Notes under the pieces: generated by a model
What the model saw: the letters and a program-made list of their open reading frames with translations, nothing else
Databases searched by the model: none
What the model was told of the DNA's origin: nothing
Part shown: positions 43,801 through 58,800 of the stretch, in pieces
Position numbering within the stretch: the first letter of the stretch is position 1
Layout of the letters: each line of letters opens with the position of its first letter
Assembly (NCBI GenBank): GCA_965240325.2
Contig: OZ251253.1
Location: 1 to 64,000, forward strand
Reading direction: 5' to 3'
Length of the DNA stretch: 64,000 nucleotides
From: Rebecca billardiae RCC1528
Lineage: Eukaryota; Protista; Haptophyta
Translations under genes and position numbers: made by a program

Positions 43801-46800
43801 CGACACCGAGTCGATCACCACGCGGTCGGGATCGATGCCCAGCTGCGCCGCGAGCGCCTCGCGCACCGCGTCGCTCGACGCTGCAAACGCGGCCGCGCTC
43901 GCCTCCACGCTCAGCGCGATGTACTGGTTGGTGCCAAAGTCGGGCGGCGGCGAGGGCGGCGAGGGCGGCGCCGAGGGCGGCATGAAGCCGCGCGGCACCG
44001 AGAGCACGGGCGTGCCGAGGAGGCTCGACAGCTCCGCGAGGGAGCCCGGCGACTCGTCAGTCACGCCCGGCGCGAGAACGGACAGCGCGTCCACTGCGAG
44101 CTCGCCCGCCACAGCGTCGGTCGTCACCTTGATCACCACCTCGAGCCCGCCGCCGTCCACGCCGCGGGTCGATTCCACACTCACGCGGTCAGCGCTCACG
44201 CCCAGCTGCGCGGCGATCGCCGCGAGCGTCGACGCCGCCGTCGCGTCGAACGCCTCCGCGCTCGTGTCGAGCACGAAAACCACGTACTGAGCGCGCGTGA
44301 AATCCGGCGGCGGGAGCGGCGGCAACGAGGGCGGCGAGGGCGGCGACGAGGGCGGCACGTGGTTGAACGGCTGCGCGCGCACGGGCACGCCCAGCGCGGC
44401 CGAGAGCTCAGCTAGGCTGGTTGGCGACGTCGGCGTCGCGCCCGGCGCGAGCGCAGCGGCAGGGTCCACCGGCGCCTCGCCCGCAGCCGCGTCCGTCGTC
44501 ACCTTGAACACCACGCTCAGCAGATCGTCCTCAGTCCGCACCTGCTCGACGCTCACGCGTGACGCGTCCACGCCGAGCTCGGCCGCCACGCGCGACACAG
44601 TCTGCGCCGTCACCGCCGCGAACGCCACCGGCGTCATGTCGAGCTGCAGCACGACGTACTCCTCGCGGTCGAAGCTCGGCGGGGGCGAGGGCGACGGCGG
44701 CAGCGGCGGCGGCGACGGCGGCACGTGCCGATGCGGCGCGTCGACCACTAGCACGCCCAGCGCGCGAGAGAGCGCCTCGAGGTCGGCGGGCGACGACGCG
44801 CTCGCGCCGGGCGTGAGCACAGCCACAGCGTCGACCGCGCGCTCGCCCGCGCCGCTGTCCGTGCTGAGCGCGAACACCACGTCCAGCAGCCCGTCGTCCG
44901 TGGTCGTCACAGAGCCCACGGTCAGCCGCTCCACGCCCACGCCCAGCGCGTCGGCGAGCGAGGCGAGCACGAAGCTGCTCGCGCCGTCAAACTCGGAGGC
45001 CGTCACGTTCAGCGTGAGCGCCACGTACTGCGTGCCCGCGGACGCGTCGGGCGGCGGGCTCGGCGGCGAGGGCGGGCGCGGAGGCGGCGACGGCGCCGAT
45101 GGCGGTGCGGGTGGCGGCGACGACGGGCGCGGCGGCGAGGGTGGCGGCGACGGCGGCGCGTGCGCCCGGGGCACGCTGGCCACGGGCAATCCCAGCAGCG
45201 CCGACAGCTCGGCCAGGCTCGCCGGAGACTCGGCCGTCGCGCCCGGCGTGAGCGAGCCCACCGGGTCGGGGACGGGCACCTCGTCGAGCAGCGGCGCCGT
45301 CGTCACGCGGACCACCACGTCGAGCAGCCCGCCCTCGCCGCTCGACACCGAGTCGATCACCACGCGATCAGCGTCGACGCCAAGCTGCGCAGCGAGCGCC
45401 TCGCGCACCGCGTCGCTCGACGCCGCAAACGCGGCCGCGCTCGCCTCCACGCTCAGCGCGATGTACTGGTTGGTGCCAAAGTCGGGCGGCGGCGAGGGCG
45501 GCGAGGGCGGCGCCGAGGGCGGCATGAAGCCGCGCGGCACCGAGAGCACGGGCGTGCCGAGGAGGCTCGACAGCTCCGCGAGGGTGCCCGGCGACTCGTC
45601 GGTCGCGCCCGGCGCGAGAACGGACAGCGCGTCCACTGCGAGCTCGCCCGCCACGGCGTCGGTCGTCACCTTGATCACCACCTCGAGCCCGCCACCGTCC
45701 ACGCCGCGGGTCGACTCCACACTCACGCGGTCGGCGCTCACGCCCAGCTGCGCAGCGATCGCCGCCAGCGTCGACGCCGCCGTCGCGTCGAACGCCTCCG
45801 CGCTCGTGTCGAGCACGAGGGCCACGTACTGCTCGACCGAGAAGTCGGGCGGCGGATGTGGCGGCGGCGACGGCGGCGGCGGCGGCGTGGGCGGCGAGGG
45901 CGGCGGCGAGGGCGGCGACGAGGGCGGCACGTGGTTGAACGGCTGCGCGCGCACGGGCACGCCCAACGCGGCCGAGAGCTCAGCCAGGCTGGTTGGCGAC
46001 GTCGGTGTCGCGCCCGGCGCGAGCGCAGCGGCAGGGTCCACCGGCGTCTCGCCCGCGGCCGCGTCCGTCGTCACCTTGAACACCACGCTCAGCAGCCCGC
46101 CCTCGCTCCGAACCTGCTCGACGCTCACGCGAGACGCGTCCACGCCGAGCTCGGCCGCCACGCGCGACACCGTCTGCGCCGTCACCGCGGCGAACGCGAC
46201 GGGCGTCATGTCGAGCTGCAGCACGACGTACTCCTCGCGGTCGAAGCTCGGCGGGGGCGACGGCGACGGCGGCTGAGGCGGCGGCGACGGCGGCACGTGC
46301 CGATGCGGCGCGTCGACCACCAGCACGCCCAGCGCGCGAGAGAGCGCCTCGAGGTCGGCGGGCGACGACGCGCTCGCGCCGGGCGTGAGCACAGCCACAG
46401 CGTCGACCGCGCGCTCGCCCGCGCCGCCGTCCGTGCTGAGCGTGAACACCACGTCCAGCAGCCCGTCGTCCGTGGTCGTCACAGAGCCCACGGTCAGCCG
46501 CTCCACGCCCACGCCCAGCGCGTCGGCGAGCGAGGCGAGCAGGAAGCTGCTCGCGCCGTCAAACTCGGCGGCCGTCACGTTCAGCGTGAGCGCCACGTAC
46601 TGCGTGCCCGCGGACGCGTCGGGCGGCGGACTCGGCGGCGAGGGCGGGCGCGGAGGCGGCGACGGCGCCGATGGCGGTGCGGGTGGCGGCGACGACGGGC
46701 GCGGCGGCGAAGGCGGCGGCGAAGGCGGCGCGTGCGCCCGGGGCACGCTGGCCACGGGCAATCCCAGCAGCGCCGACAGCTCGGCCAGGCTCGCCGGAGA

Positions 46801-49800
46801 CTCGGCCGTCGCGCCCGGCGTGAGCAAGCCCACCGGGTCGGCGACGGGCACCTCGTCGAGAAGCGGCGCCGTCGTCACGCGGATCACCACGTCGAGCAGC
46901 CCGCCCTCGCCGCTCGACACCGAGTCGATCACCACGCGATCAGCGTCGACGCCAAGCTGCGCCGCGAGCGCCTCGCGCACCGCGTCGCTCGACGCCGCAA
47001 TCGAGGCCGCGCTCGCCTCCACGCTCAGCGCGATGTACTGGTTGGTGCCAAAGTCGGGCGGCGGCGAGGGCGGCGAGGGCGGCGCCGAGGGCGGCATGAA
47101 GCCGCGCGGCACCGAGAGCACGGGCGTGCCGAGGAGGCTCGACAGCTCCGCGAGGGTGCCCGGCGACTCGTCGGTCGCGCCCGGCGCGAGAACGGACAGC
47201 GCGTCCACTGCGAGCTCGCCCGCCACGGCGTCGGTCGTCACCTTGATCACCACCTCGAGCCCGCCACCGTCCACGCCGCGGGTCGACTCCACACTCACGC
47301 GGTCGGCGCTCACGCCCAGCTGCGCAGCGATCGCCGCCAGCGTCGACGCCGCCGTCGCGTCGAACGCCTCCGCGCTCGTGTCGAGCCTGAGGGCCACGTA
47401 CTGCTCGGCCGAGAAGTCGGGCGGCGGATGTGGCGGCGGCGACGGCGGCGGCGGCGGCGTGGGCGGCGAGGGCGGCGGCGAGGGCGGCGACGAGGGCGGC
47501 ACGTGGTTGAACGGCTGCGCGCGCACGGGCACGCCCAGCGCGGCCGAGAGCGCAGCCAGGCTGGTTGGCGACGTCGGCGTCGCGCCCGGCGCGAGCGCAG
47601 CGGCTGGGTCCACCGGCGTCTCGCCCGCGGCCGCGTCCGTCGTCACCTTGAACACCACGCTCAGCAGCCCGCCCTCGCTCCGAACCTGCTCGACGCTCAC
47701 GCGAGACGCGTCCACGCCGAGCTCGGCCGCCACGCGCGACACAGTCTGCGCCGTCACCGCCGCGAACGCGACGGGCGTCATGTCGAGCTGCAGCACGACG
47801 TACTCCTCGCGGTCGAAGCTCGGCGGGGGCGAGGGCGAGGGCGGCAGCGGCGGCGGCGACGGCGGCACGTGCCGATGCGGCGCGTCGACCACCAGCACGC
47901 CCAGCGCACGAGAGAGCGCCTCGAGGTCGGCGGGCGACGACGCGCTCGCGCCGGGCGTGAGCACAGCCACAGCGTCGACTGCGCGCTCGCCCGCGCCGCC
48001 GTCCGTGCTGAGCGTGAACACCACGTCCAGCAGCCCGTCGTCCGTGGTCGTCACAGAGCCCACGGTCAGCCGCTCCACGCCCACGCCCAGCGCGTCGGCG
48101 AGCGAGGCGAGCAGGAAGCTGCTCGCGCCGTCAAACTCGGCGGCCGTCACGTTCAGCGTGAGCGCCACGTACTGCGTGCCCGCGGACGCGTCGGGCGGCG
48201 GACTCGGCGGCGAGGGCGGGCGCGGAGGCGGCGACGGCGCCGATGGCGGTGCGGGTGGCGGCGACGACGGGCGCGGCGGCGCGGGCGGCGGCGACGGCGG
48301 CGCGTGCGCCCGGGGCACGCTGGCCACGGGCAATCCCAGCAGCGCCGACAGCTCGGCCAGGCTCGCCGGAGACTCGGCCGTCGCGCCCGGCGTGAGCGAG
48401 CCCACCGGGTCGGGGACGGGCACCTCGTCGAGCAGCGGCGCCGTCGTCACGCGGACCACCACGTCGAGCAGCCCGCCCTCGCCGCTCGACACCGAGTCGA
48501 TCACCACGCGATCAGCGTCGACGCCAAGCTGCGCAGCGAGCGCCTCGCGCACCGCGTCGCTCGACGCCGCAAACGCGGCCGCGCTCGCCTCCACGCTCAG
48601 CGCGATGTACTGGTTGGTGCCAAAGTCGGGCGGCGGCGAGGGCGGCGAGGGCGGCGCCGAGGGCGGCATGAAGCCGCGCGGCACCGAGAGCACGGGCGTG
48701 CCGAGGAGGCTCGACAGCTCCGCGAGGGTGCCCGGCGACTCGTCGGTCGCGCCCGGCGCGAGAACGGACAGCGCGTCCACTGCGAGCTCGCCCGCCACGG
48801 CGTCGGTCGTCACCTTGATCACCACCTCGAGCCCGCCACCGTCCACGCCGCCGGTCGATTCGACACTCACGCGGTCGGCGCTCACGCCCAGCTGCGCAGC
48901 GATCGCCGCCAGCGTCGACGCCGCCGTCGCGTCGAACGCCTCCGCGCTCGTGTCGAGCACGAGGGCCACGTACTGCTCGACCGAGAAGTCGGGCGGCGGA
49001 TGTGGCGGCGGCGACGGCGGCGGCGGCGGCGTGGGCGGCGAGGGCGGCGGCGAGGGCGGCGACGAGGGCGGCACGTGGTTGAACGGCTGCGCGCGCACGG
49101 GCACGCCCAGCGCGGCCGAGAGCGCAGCCAGGCTGGTTGGCGACGTCGGCGTCGCGCCCGGCGCGAGCGCAGCGGCTGGGTCCACCGGCGTCTCGCCCGC
49201 GGCCGCGTCCGTCGTCACCTTGAACACCACGCTCAGCAGCCCGCCTTCGCTCCGAACCTGCTCGACGCTCACGCGTGACGCGTCCACGCCGAGCTCGGCC
49301 GCCACGCGCGACACAGTCTGCGCCGTCACCGCCGCGAACGCCACCGGCGTCATGTCGAGCTGCAGCACGACGTACTCCTCGCGGTCGAAGCTCGGCGGGG
49401 GCGAGGGCGACGGCGGCAGCGGCGGCGGCGACGGCGGCACGTGCCGATGCGGCGCGTCGACCACCAGCACGCCCAGTGCGCGAGAGAGCGCCTCGAGGTC
49501 GGCGGGCGACGACGCGCTCGCGCCGGGCGTGAGCACAGCCACAGCGTCGACTGCGCGCTCGCCCGCGCCGCTGTCCGTGCTGAGCGTGAACACCACGTCC
49601 AGCAGCCCGTCGTCCGTGGTCGTCACAGAGCCCACGGTCAGCCGCTCCACGCCCACGCCCAGCGCGTCGGCGAGCGAGGCGAGCAGGAAGCCGCTCGCGC
49701 CGTCAAACTCGGCGGCCGTCACGTTCAGCGTGAGCGCCACGTACTGCGTGCCCGCGGACGCGTCGGGCGGCGGGCTCGGCGGCGAGGGCGGGAGCGGAGG

Positions 49801-52800
49801 CGGCGACGGCGCCGATGGCGGTGCGGGTGGCGGCGACGACGGGCGCGGCGGCGAGGGTGGCGGCGACGGCGGCGCGTGCGCCCGGGGCACGCTGGCCACG
49901 GGCAATCCCAGCAGCGCAGACAGCTCGGCCAGGCTCGCCGGAGACTCGGCCGTCGCGCCCGGCGTGAGCGAGCCCACCGGGTCGGGGACGGGCACCTCGT
50001 CGAGCAGCGGCCCCGTCGTCACGCGGATCACCACATCGAGCAGCCCGCCCTCGCCGCTCGACACCGAGTCGATCACCACGCGGTCCGGATCGACGCCCAA
50101 CTGCGCCGCGAGCGCCTCGCGCACCGCTTCGCTCGACGCCGCAAACGCGGCCGCGCTCGCGTCCACGCTCAGCGCGATGTACTGGTTGGTGCCAAAGTCG
50201 GGCGGCGGCGAGGGCGGCGAGGGCGGCGCCGAGGGCGGCATGAAGCCGCGCGGCACCGAGAGCACGGGCGTGCCGAGGAGGCTCGACAGCTCCGCGAGGG
50301 TGCTCGGCGACGCAGCAGTTGCACCCGGCGCGAGAACGGACAGCGCGTCCACTGCGAGCTCGCCCGCCACGGCGTCGGTCGTCACCTTGATCACCACCTC
50401 GAGCCCGCCACCGTCCACGCCGCGGGTCGACTCCACACTCACGCGGTCGGCGCTCACGCCCAGCTGCGCAGCGATCGCCGCCAGCGTCGACGCCGCCGTC
50501 GCGTCGAACGCCTCCGCGCTCGTGTCGAGCACGAGGGCCACGTACTGCGCGACCGAGAAGTCGGGCGGCGGATGTGGCGGCGGCGACGGTGGCGGCGGCG
50601 GCGTGGGCGGCGAGGGCGGCGGCGAGGGCGGCGACGAGGGCGGCACGTGGTTGAACGGCTGCGCGCGCACGGGCACGCCCAACGCGGCCGAGAGCTCAGC
50701 CAGGCTGGTTGGCGACGTCGGTGTCGCGCCCGGCGCGAGCGCAGCGGCAGGGTCCACCGGCGTCTCGCCCGCGGCCGCGTCCGTCGTCACCTTGAACACC
50801 ACGCTCAGCAGCCCGCCCTCGCTCCGAACCTGCTCGACGCTCACGCGAGACGCGTCCACGCCGAGCTCGGCCGCCACGCGCAACACAGTCTGCGCCGTCA
50901 CCGCCGCGAACGCGACGGGCGTCATGTCGAGCTGCAGCACGACGTACTCCTCGCGGTCGAAGCTCGGCGGGGGCGAGGGCGAGGGCGGCAGCGGCGGCGG
51001 CGACGGCGGCACGTGCCGATGCGGCGCGTCGACCACCAGCACGCCCAGCGCGCGAGAGAGCGCCTCGAGGTCGGCGGGCGACGACGCGCTCGCGCCGGGC
51101 GTGAGCACAGCCACAGCGTCGACCGCGCGCTCGCCCGCGCCGCTGTCCGTGCTGAGCGTGAACACCACGTCCAGCAGCCCGTCGTCCGTGGTCGTCACAG
51201 AGCCCACGGTCAGCCGCTCCACGCCCACGCCCAGCGCGTCGGCGAGCGAGGCGAGCACGAAGCTGCTCGCGCCGTCAAACTCGGCGGCCGTCACGTTCAG
51301 CGTGAGCGCCACGTACTGCATGCCCGCGGACGCGTCGGGCGGCGGGCTCGGCGGCGAGGGCGGGAGCGGAGGCGGCGACGGCGCCGATGGCGGCGCGGGT
51401 GGCGGCGACGACGGGCGCGGCGGCGAGGGTGGCGGCGACGGCGGCGCGTGCGCCCGGGGCACGCTGCCCACGGGCAATCCCAGCAGCGCCGACAGCTCGG
51501 CCAGGCTCGCCGGAGACTCGGACGTCGCGCCCGGCGTGAGCGAGCCCACCGGGTCGGGGACGGGCACCTCGTCGAGCAGCGGCGCCGTCGTCACGCGGAC
51601 CACCACGTCGAGCAGCCCGCCCTCGCCGCTCGACACCGAGTCGATCACCACGCGGTCCGGGTCGACGCCCAGCTGCGCCGCGAGCGCCTCGCGCACCGCG
51701 TCGCTCGACGCCGCAAACGCGGCCGCGCTCGCCTCCACGCTCAGCGCGATGTACTGGTTGGTGCCAAAGTCGGGCGGCGGCGAGGGCGGCGAGGGCGGCG
51801 CCGAGGGCGGCATAAAGCCGCGCGGCACCGAGAGCACGGGCGTGCCGAGGAGGCTCGACAGCTCCGCGAGGGTGCCCGGCGACTCGTCGGTCGCGCCCGG
51901 CGCGAGAACGGACAGCGCGTCCACTGCGAGCTCGCCCGCCACGGCGTCGGTCGTCACCTTGATCACCACCTCGAGCCCGCCACCGTCCACGCCGCGGGTC
52001 GACTCCACACTCACGCGGTCGGCGCTCACGCCCAGCTGCGCAGCGATCGCCGCCAGCGTCGACGCCGCCGTCGCGTCGAACGCCTCCGCGCTCGTGTCGA
52101 GCACGAGGGCCACGTACTGCTCGACCGAGAAGTCGGGCGGCGGATGTGGCGGCGGCGACGGCGGCGGCGGCGGCGTGGGCGGCGAGGGCGGCGGCGAGGG
52201 CGGCGACGAGGGCGGCACGTGGTTGAACGGCTGCGCGCGCACGGGCACGCCCAGCGCGGCCGAGAGCTCAGCCAGGCTGGTTGGCGACGTCGGTGTCGCG
52301 CCCGGCGCGAGCGCAGCGGCAGGGTCCACCGGCGTCTCGCCCGCGGCCGCGTCCGTCGTCACCTTGAACACCACGCTCAGCAGCCCGCCCTCGCTCCGAA
52401 CCTGCTCGACGCTCACGCGAGACGCGTCCACGCCGAGCTCGGCCGCCACGCGCGACACCGTCTGCGCCGTCACCGCGGCGAACGCGACGGGCGTCATGTC
52501 GAGCTGCAGCACGACGTACTCCTCGCGGTCGAAGCTCGGCGGGGGCGACGGCGACGGCGGCTGAGGCGGCGGCGACGGCGGCACGTGCCGATGCGGCGCG
52601 TCGACCACCAGCACGCCCAGCGCGCGAGAGAGCGCCTCGAGGTCGGCGGGCGACGACGCGCTCGCACCGGGCGTGAGCACAGCCACAGCGTCGACCGCGC
52701 GCTCGCCCGCGCCGCCGTCCGTGCTGAGCGTGAACACCACGTCCAGCAGCCCGTCGTCCGTGGTCGTCACAGAGCCCACGGTCAGCCGCTCCACGCCCAC

Positions 52801-55800
52801 GCCCAGCGCGTCGGCGAGCGAGGCGAGCAGGAAGCTGCTCGCGCCGTCAAACTCGGCGGCCGTCACGTTCAGCGTGAGCGCCACGTACTGCGTGCCCGCG
52901 GACGCGTCGGGCGGCGGACTCGGCGGCGAGGGCGGGCGCGGAGGCGGCGACGGTGCCGATGGCGGTGCGGGTGGCGGCGACGACGGGCGCGGCGGCGAGG
53001 GTGGCGGCGACGGCGGCGCGTGCGCCCGGGGCACGCTGGCCACGGGCACGCCCAGCAGCGCCGACAGCTCGGCCAGGCTCGCCGGAGACTCGGACGTCGC
53101 GCCCGGCGTGAGCGAGCCCACCGGGTCGGGGACGGGCACCTCGTCGAGCAGCGGCCCCGTCGTCACGCGGATCACCACGTCGAGCAGCCCGCCCTCGCCG
53201 CTCGACACCGAGTCGATCACCACGCGGTCCGGGTCGACGCCCAGCTGCGCCGCGAGCGCCTCGCGCACCGCGTCGCTCGACGCTGCAAACGCGGCCGCGC
53301 TCGCGTCCACGCTCAGCGCGATGTACTGGTTGGTGCCAAAGTCGGGCGGCGGCGAGGGCGGCGAGGGCGGCGCCGAGGGCGGCATAAAGCCGCGCGGCAC
53401 CGAGAGCACGGGCGTGCCGAGGAGGCTCGACAGCTCCGCGAGGGTGCCCGGCGACTCGTCGGTCGCGCCCGGCGCGAGAACGGACAGCGCGTCCACTGCG
53501 AGCTCGCCCGCCGCGGCGTCGGTCGTCACCTTGATCACCACCTCGAGCCCGCCACCGTCCACGCCGCGGGTCGACTCCACACTCACGCGGTCGACGCTCA
53601 CGCCCAGCTGCGCAGCGATCGCCGCGAGCGTCGACGCCGCCGTCGCGTCGAACGCCTCCGCGCTCGTGTCGAGCACGAGGGCCACGTACTGCTCGGCCGA
53701 GAAGTCGGGCGGCGGATGTGGCGGCGGCGACGGCGGCGGCGGCGGCGTGGGCGGCGAGGGCGGCGGCGAGGGCGGCGACGAGGGCGGCACGTGGTTGAAC
53801 GGCTGCGCGCGCACGGGCACGCCCAACGCGGCCGAGAGCTCAGCCAGGCTGGTTGGCGACGTCGGTGTCGCGCCCGGCGCGAGCGCAGCGGCAGGGTCCA
53901 CCGGCGTCTCGCCCGCGGCCGCGTCCGTCGTCACCTTGAACACCACGCTCAGCAGCCCGCCTTCGCTCCGAACCTGCTCGACGCTCACGCGAGACGCGTC
54001 CACGCCGAGCTCGGCCGCCACGCGCGACATAGTCTGCGCCGTCACCGCCGCGAACGCGACGGGCGTCATGTCGAGCTGCAGCACGACGTACTCCTCGCGG
54101 TCGAAGCTCGGCGGGGGCGAGGGCGAGGGCGGCAGCGGCGGCGGCGACGGCGGCACGTGCCGATGCGGCGCGTCGACCACCAGCACGCCCAGCGCGCGAG
54201 AGAGCGCCTCGAGGTCGGCGGGCGACGACGCGCTCGCGCCGGGCGTGAGCACAGCCACAGCGTCGACCGCGCGCTCGCCCGCGCCGCTGTCCGTGCTGAG
54301 CGTGAACACCACGTCCAGCAGCCCGTCGTCCGTGGTCGTCACAGCGCCCACGGTCAGCCGCTCCACGCCCACGCCCAGCGCGTCGGCGAGCGAGGCGAGC
54401 ACGAAGCTGCTCGCGCCGTCAAACTCGGCGGCCGTCACGTTCAGCGTGAGCGCCACGTACTGCGTGCCCGCGGACGCGTCGGGCGGCGGGCTCGGCGGCG
54501 AGGGCGGGAGCGGAGGCGGTGACGGCGCAGCAGGCGGTGCGGGTGGCGGCGAAGACGGGCGCGGCGGCGAGGGTGGCGGCGACGGCGGCGCGTGCGCCCG
54601 GGGCGCGCTGCCCACGGGCACGCCGAGCAGCGCCGACAGCTCGGCCAGGCTCGCCGGAGACTCGGCCGTCGCGCCCGGCGTGAGCAAGCCCACCGGGTCG
54701 GCGACGGGCACCTCGTCGAGCAGCGGCGCCGTCGTCACGCGGACCACCACGTCGAGCAGCCCGCCCTCGCCGCTCGACACCGAGTCGATCACCACGCGGT
54801 CCGGGTCGACGCCCAGCTGCGCCGCGAGCGCCTCGCGCACCGCGTCGCTCGACGCTGCAAACGCGGCCGCGCTCGCGTCCACGCTCAGCGCGATGTACTG
54901 GTTGGTGCCAAAGTCGGGCGGCGGCGAGGGCGGCGAGGGCGGCGCCGAGGGCGGCATAAAGCCGCGCGGCACCGAGAGCACGGGCGTGCCGAGGAGGCTC
55001 GACAGCTCCGCGAGGGTGCCCGGCGACTCGTCAGTCGCGCCCGGCGCGAGAACGGACAGCGCGTCCACTGCGAGCTCGCCCGCCACGGCGTCGGTCGTCA
55101 CCTTGATCACCACCTCGAGCCCGCCACCGTCCACGCCGCGGGTTGACTCCACACTCACGCGGTCGACGCTCACGCCCAGCTGCGCAGCGATCGCCGCCAG
55201 CGTCGACGCCGCCGTCGCGTCGAACGCCTCCGCGCTCGTGTCGAGCACGAGGGCCACGTACTGCGCGACCGAGAAGTCGGGCGGCGGATGTGGCGGCGGC
55301 GACGGCGGCGGCGGCGGGGTGGGCGGCGAGGGCGGCGGCGAAGGCGGCGACGAGGGCGGCACGTGGTTGAACGGCTGCGCGCGCACGGGCACGCCCAGCG
55401 CGGCCGAGAGCTCAGCCAGGCTGGTTGGCGACGTCGGTGTCGCGCCCGGCGCGAGCGCAGCGGCAGGGTCCACCGGCGTCTCGCCCGCGGCCGCGTCCGT
55501 CGTCACCTTGAACACCACGCTCAGCAGCCCGCCCTCGCTCCGCACCTGCTCGACGCTCACGCGAGACGCGTCCACGCCGAGCTCGGCCGCCACGCGCGAC
55601 ACCGTCTGCGCCGTCACCGCGGCGAACGCGACGGGCGTCATGTCGAGCTGCAGCACGACGTACTCCTCGCGGTCGAAGCTCGGCGGGGGCGACGGCGACG
55701 GCGGCTGAGGCGGCGGCGACGGCGGCACGTGCCGATGCGGCGCGTCGACCACCAGCACGCCCAGCGCGCGAGAGAGCGCCTCGAGGTCGGCGGGCGACGA

Positions 55801-58800
55801 CGCGCTCGCGCCGGGCGTGAGCACAGCCACAGCGTCGACCGCGCGCTCGCCCGCGCCGCCGTCCGTGCTGAGCGTGAACACCACGTCCAGCAGCCCGTCG
55901 TCCGTGGTCATCACAGAGCCCACGGTCAGCCGCTCCACGCCCACGCCCAGCGCGTCGGCGAGCGAGGCGAGCACGAAGCTGCTCGCGCCGTCAAACTCGG
56001 CGGCCGTCACGTTCAGCGTGAGCGCCACGTACTGCGTGCCCGCGGACGCGTCGGGCGGCGGGCTCGGCGGCGAGGGCGGGCGCGGAGGCGGCGACGGCGC
56101 CGATGGCGGTGCGGGTGGCGGCGAAGACGGGCGTGGCGGCGAAGGCGGCGGCGAGGGCGGCGCGTGCGCCCGGGGCGCGCTGGCCACGGGCAATCCCAGC
56201 AGCGCCGACAGCTCGGCCAGGCTCGCCGGAGACTCGGCCGTCGCGCCCGGCGTGAGCAAGCCCACCGGGTCGGCGACGGGCACCTCGTCGAGCAGCGGCG
56301 CCGTCGTCACGCGGACCACCACGTCGAGCAGCCCGCCCTCGCCGCTCGACACCGAGTCGATCACCACGCGATCAGCGTCGACGCCCAGCTGCGCCGCGAG
56401 CGCCTCGCGCACCGCGTCGCTCGACGCTGCAAACGCGGCCGCGCTCGCGTCCACGCTCAGCGCGATGTACTGGTTGGTGCCAAAGTCGGGCGGCGGCGAG
56501 GGCGGCGAGGGCGGCGCCGAGGGCGGCATAAAGCCGCGCGGCACCGAGAGCACGGGCGTGCCGAGGAGGCTCGACAGCTCCGCGAGGGTGCCCGGCGACT
56601 CGTCAGTCGCGCCCGGCGCGAGAACGGACAGCGCGTCCACTGCGAGCTCGCCCGCCACAGCGTCGGTCGTCACCTTGATCACCACCTCGAGCCCGCCACC
56701 GTCCACGCCGCGGGTCGATTCGACACTCACGCGGTCGACGCTCACGCCAAGCTGCGCAGCGATCGCCACGAGCGTCGACGCCGCCGTTGCACCAAATGCG
56801 TCCGCGCTCGTGTCGAGCACGAGGGCCACGTACTGCGCGACCGAGAAGTCGGGCGGCGGATGTGGCGGCGGCGACGGCGGCGGCGGCGGCGTGGGCGGCG
56901 AGGGCGGCGGCGAAGGCGGCGACGAGGGCGGCACGTGGTTGAACGGCTGCGCGCGCACGGGCACGCCCAGCGCGGCCGAGAGCTCAGCCAGGCTGGTTGG
57001 CGACGTCGGTGTCGCGCCCGGCGCGAGCGCAGCGGCAGGGTCCACCGGCGTCTCGCCCGCGGCCGCGTCCGTCGTCACCTTGAACACCACGCTCAGCAGC
57101 CCGCCCTCGCTCCGAACCTGCTCGACGCTCACGCGAGACGCGTCCACGCCGAGCTCGGCCGCCACGCGCGACACAGTCTGCGCCGTCACCGCCGCGAACG
57201 CGACGGGCGTCATGTCGAGCTGCAGCACGACGTACTCCTCGCGGTCGAAGCTCGGCGGGGGCGAGGGCGACGGCGGCAGCGGCGGCGGCGACGGCGGCAC
57301 GTGCCGATGTGGCGCGTCGACCACCAGCACGCCCAGCGCGCGAGAGAGCGCCTCGAGGTCGGCGGGCGACGACGCGCTCGCGCCGGGCGTGAGCACAGCC
57401 ACAGCGTCGACTGCGCGCTCGCCCGCGCCGCCGTCCGTGCTGAGCGTGAACACCACGTCCAGCAGCCCGTCGTCCGTGGTCGTCACAGAGCCCACGGTCA
57501 GCCGCTCCACGCCCACGCCCAGCGCGTCGGCGAGCGAGGCGAGCAGGAAGCTGCTCGCGCCGTCAAACTCGGCGGCCGTCACGTTCAGCGTGAGCGCCAC
57601 GTACTGCGTGCCCGCGGACGCGTCGGGCGGCGGGCTCGGCGGCGAGGGCGGGCGCGGAGGCGGCGACGGCGCCGATGGCGGTGCGGGTGGCGGCGACGAC
57701 GGGCGCGGCGGCGAGGGTGGCGGCGACGGCGGCGCGTGCGCCCGGGGCACGCTGCCCACGGGCACGCCCAGCAGCGCCGACAGCTCGGCCAGGCTCGCCG
57801 GAGACTCGGACGTCGCGCCCGGCGTGAGCAAGCCCACCGGGTCGGCGACGGGCACCTCGTCGAGCAGCGGCGCCGTCGTCACGCGGATCACCACGTCGAG
57901 CAGCCCGCCCTCGCCGCTCGACACCGAGTCGATCACCACGCGGTCCGGATCGACGCCCAACTGCGCCGCGAGCGCCTCGCGCACCGCGTCGCTCGACGCT
58001 GCAAACGCGGCCGCGCTCGCGTCCACGCTCAGCGCGATGTACTGGTTGGTGCCAAAGTCGGGCGGCGGCGAGGGCGGCGAGGGCGGCGCCGAGGGCGGCA
58101 TAAAGCCGCGCGGCACCGAGAGCACGGGCGTGCCGAGGAGGCTCGACAGCTCCGCGAGGGTGCCCGGCGACTCGTCAGTCGCGCCCGGCGCGAGAACGGA
58201 CAGCGCGTCCACTGCGAGCTCGCCCGCCACGGCGTCGGTCGTCACCTTGATCACCACCTCGAGCCCGCCACCGTCCACGCCGCGGGTTGACTCCACACTC
58301 ACGCGGTCGACGCTCACGCCCAGCTGCGCAGCGATCGCCGCCAGCGTCGACGCCGCCGTCGCGTCGAACGCCTCCGCGCTCGTGTCGAGCACGAGGGCCA
58401 CGTACTGCTCGGCCGAGAAGTCGGGCGGCGGATGTGGCGGCGGCGACGGCGGCGGCGGCGGCGTGGGCGGCGAGGGCGGCGGCGAGGGCGGCGACGAGGG
58501 CGGCACGTGGTTGAACGGCTGCGCGCGCACGGGCACGCCCAGCGCGGCCGAGAGCTCAGCCAGGCTGGTTGGCGACGTCGGCGTCGCGCCCGGCGCGAGC
58601 GCGGCGGCAGGGTCCACCGGCGCCTCGCCCGCGGCCGCGTCCGTCGTCACCTTGAACACCACGCTCAGCAGCCCGCCCTCGCTCCGAACCTGCTCGACGC
58701 TCACGCGCGACGCGTCCACGCCGAGCGCGGCCGCCACGCGCGACACCGTCTGCGCCGTCACCGCGGCGAACGCGACGGGCGTCATGTCGAGCTGCAGCAC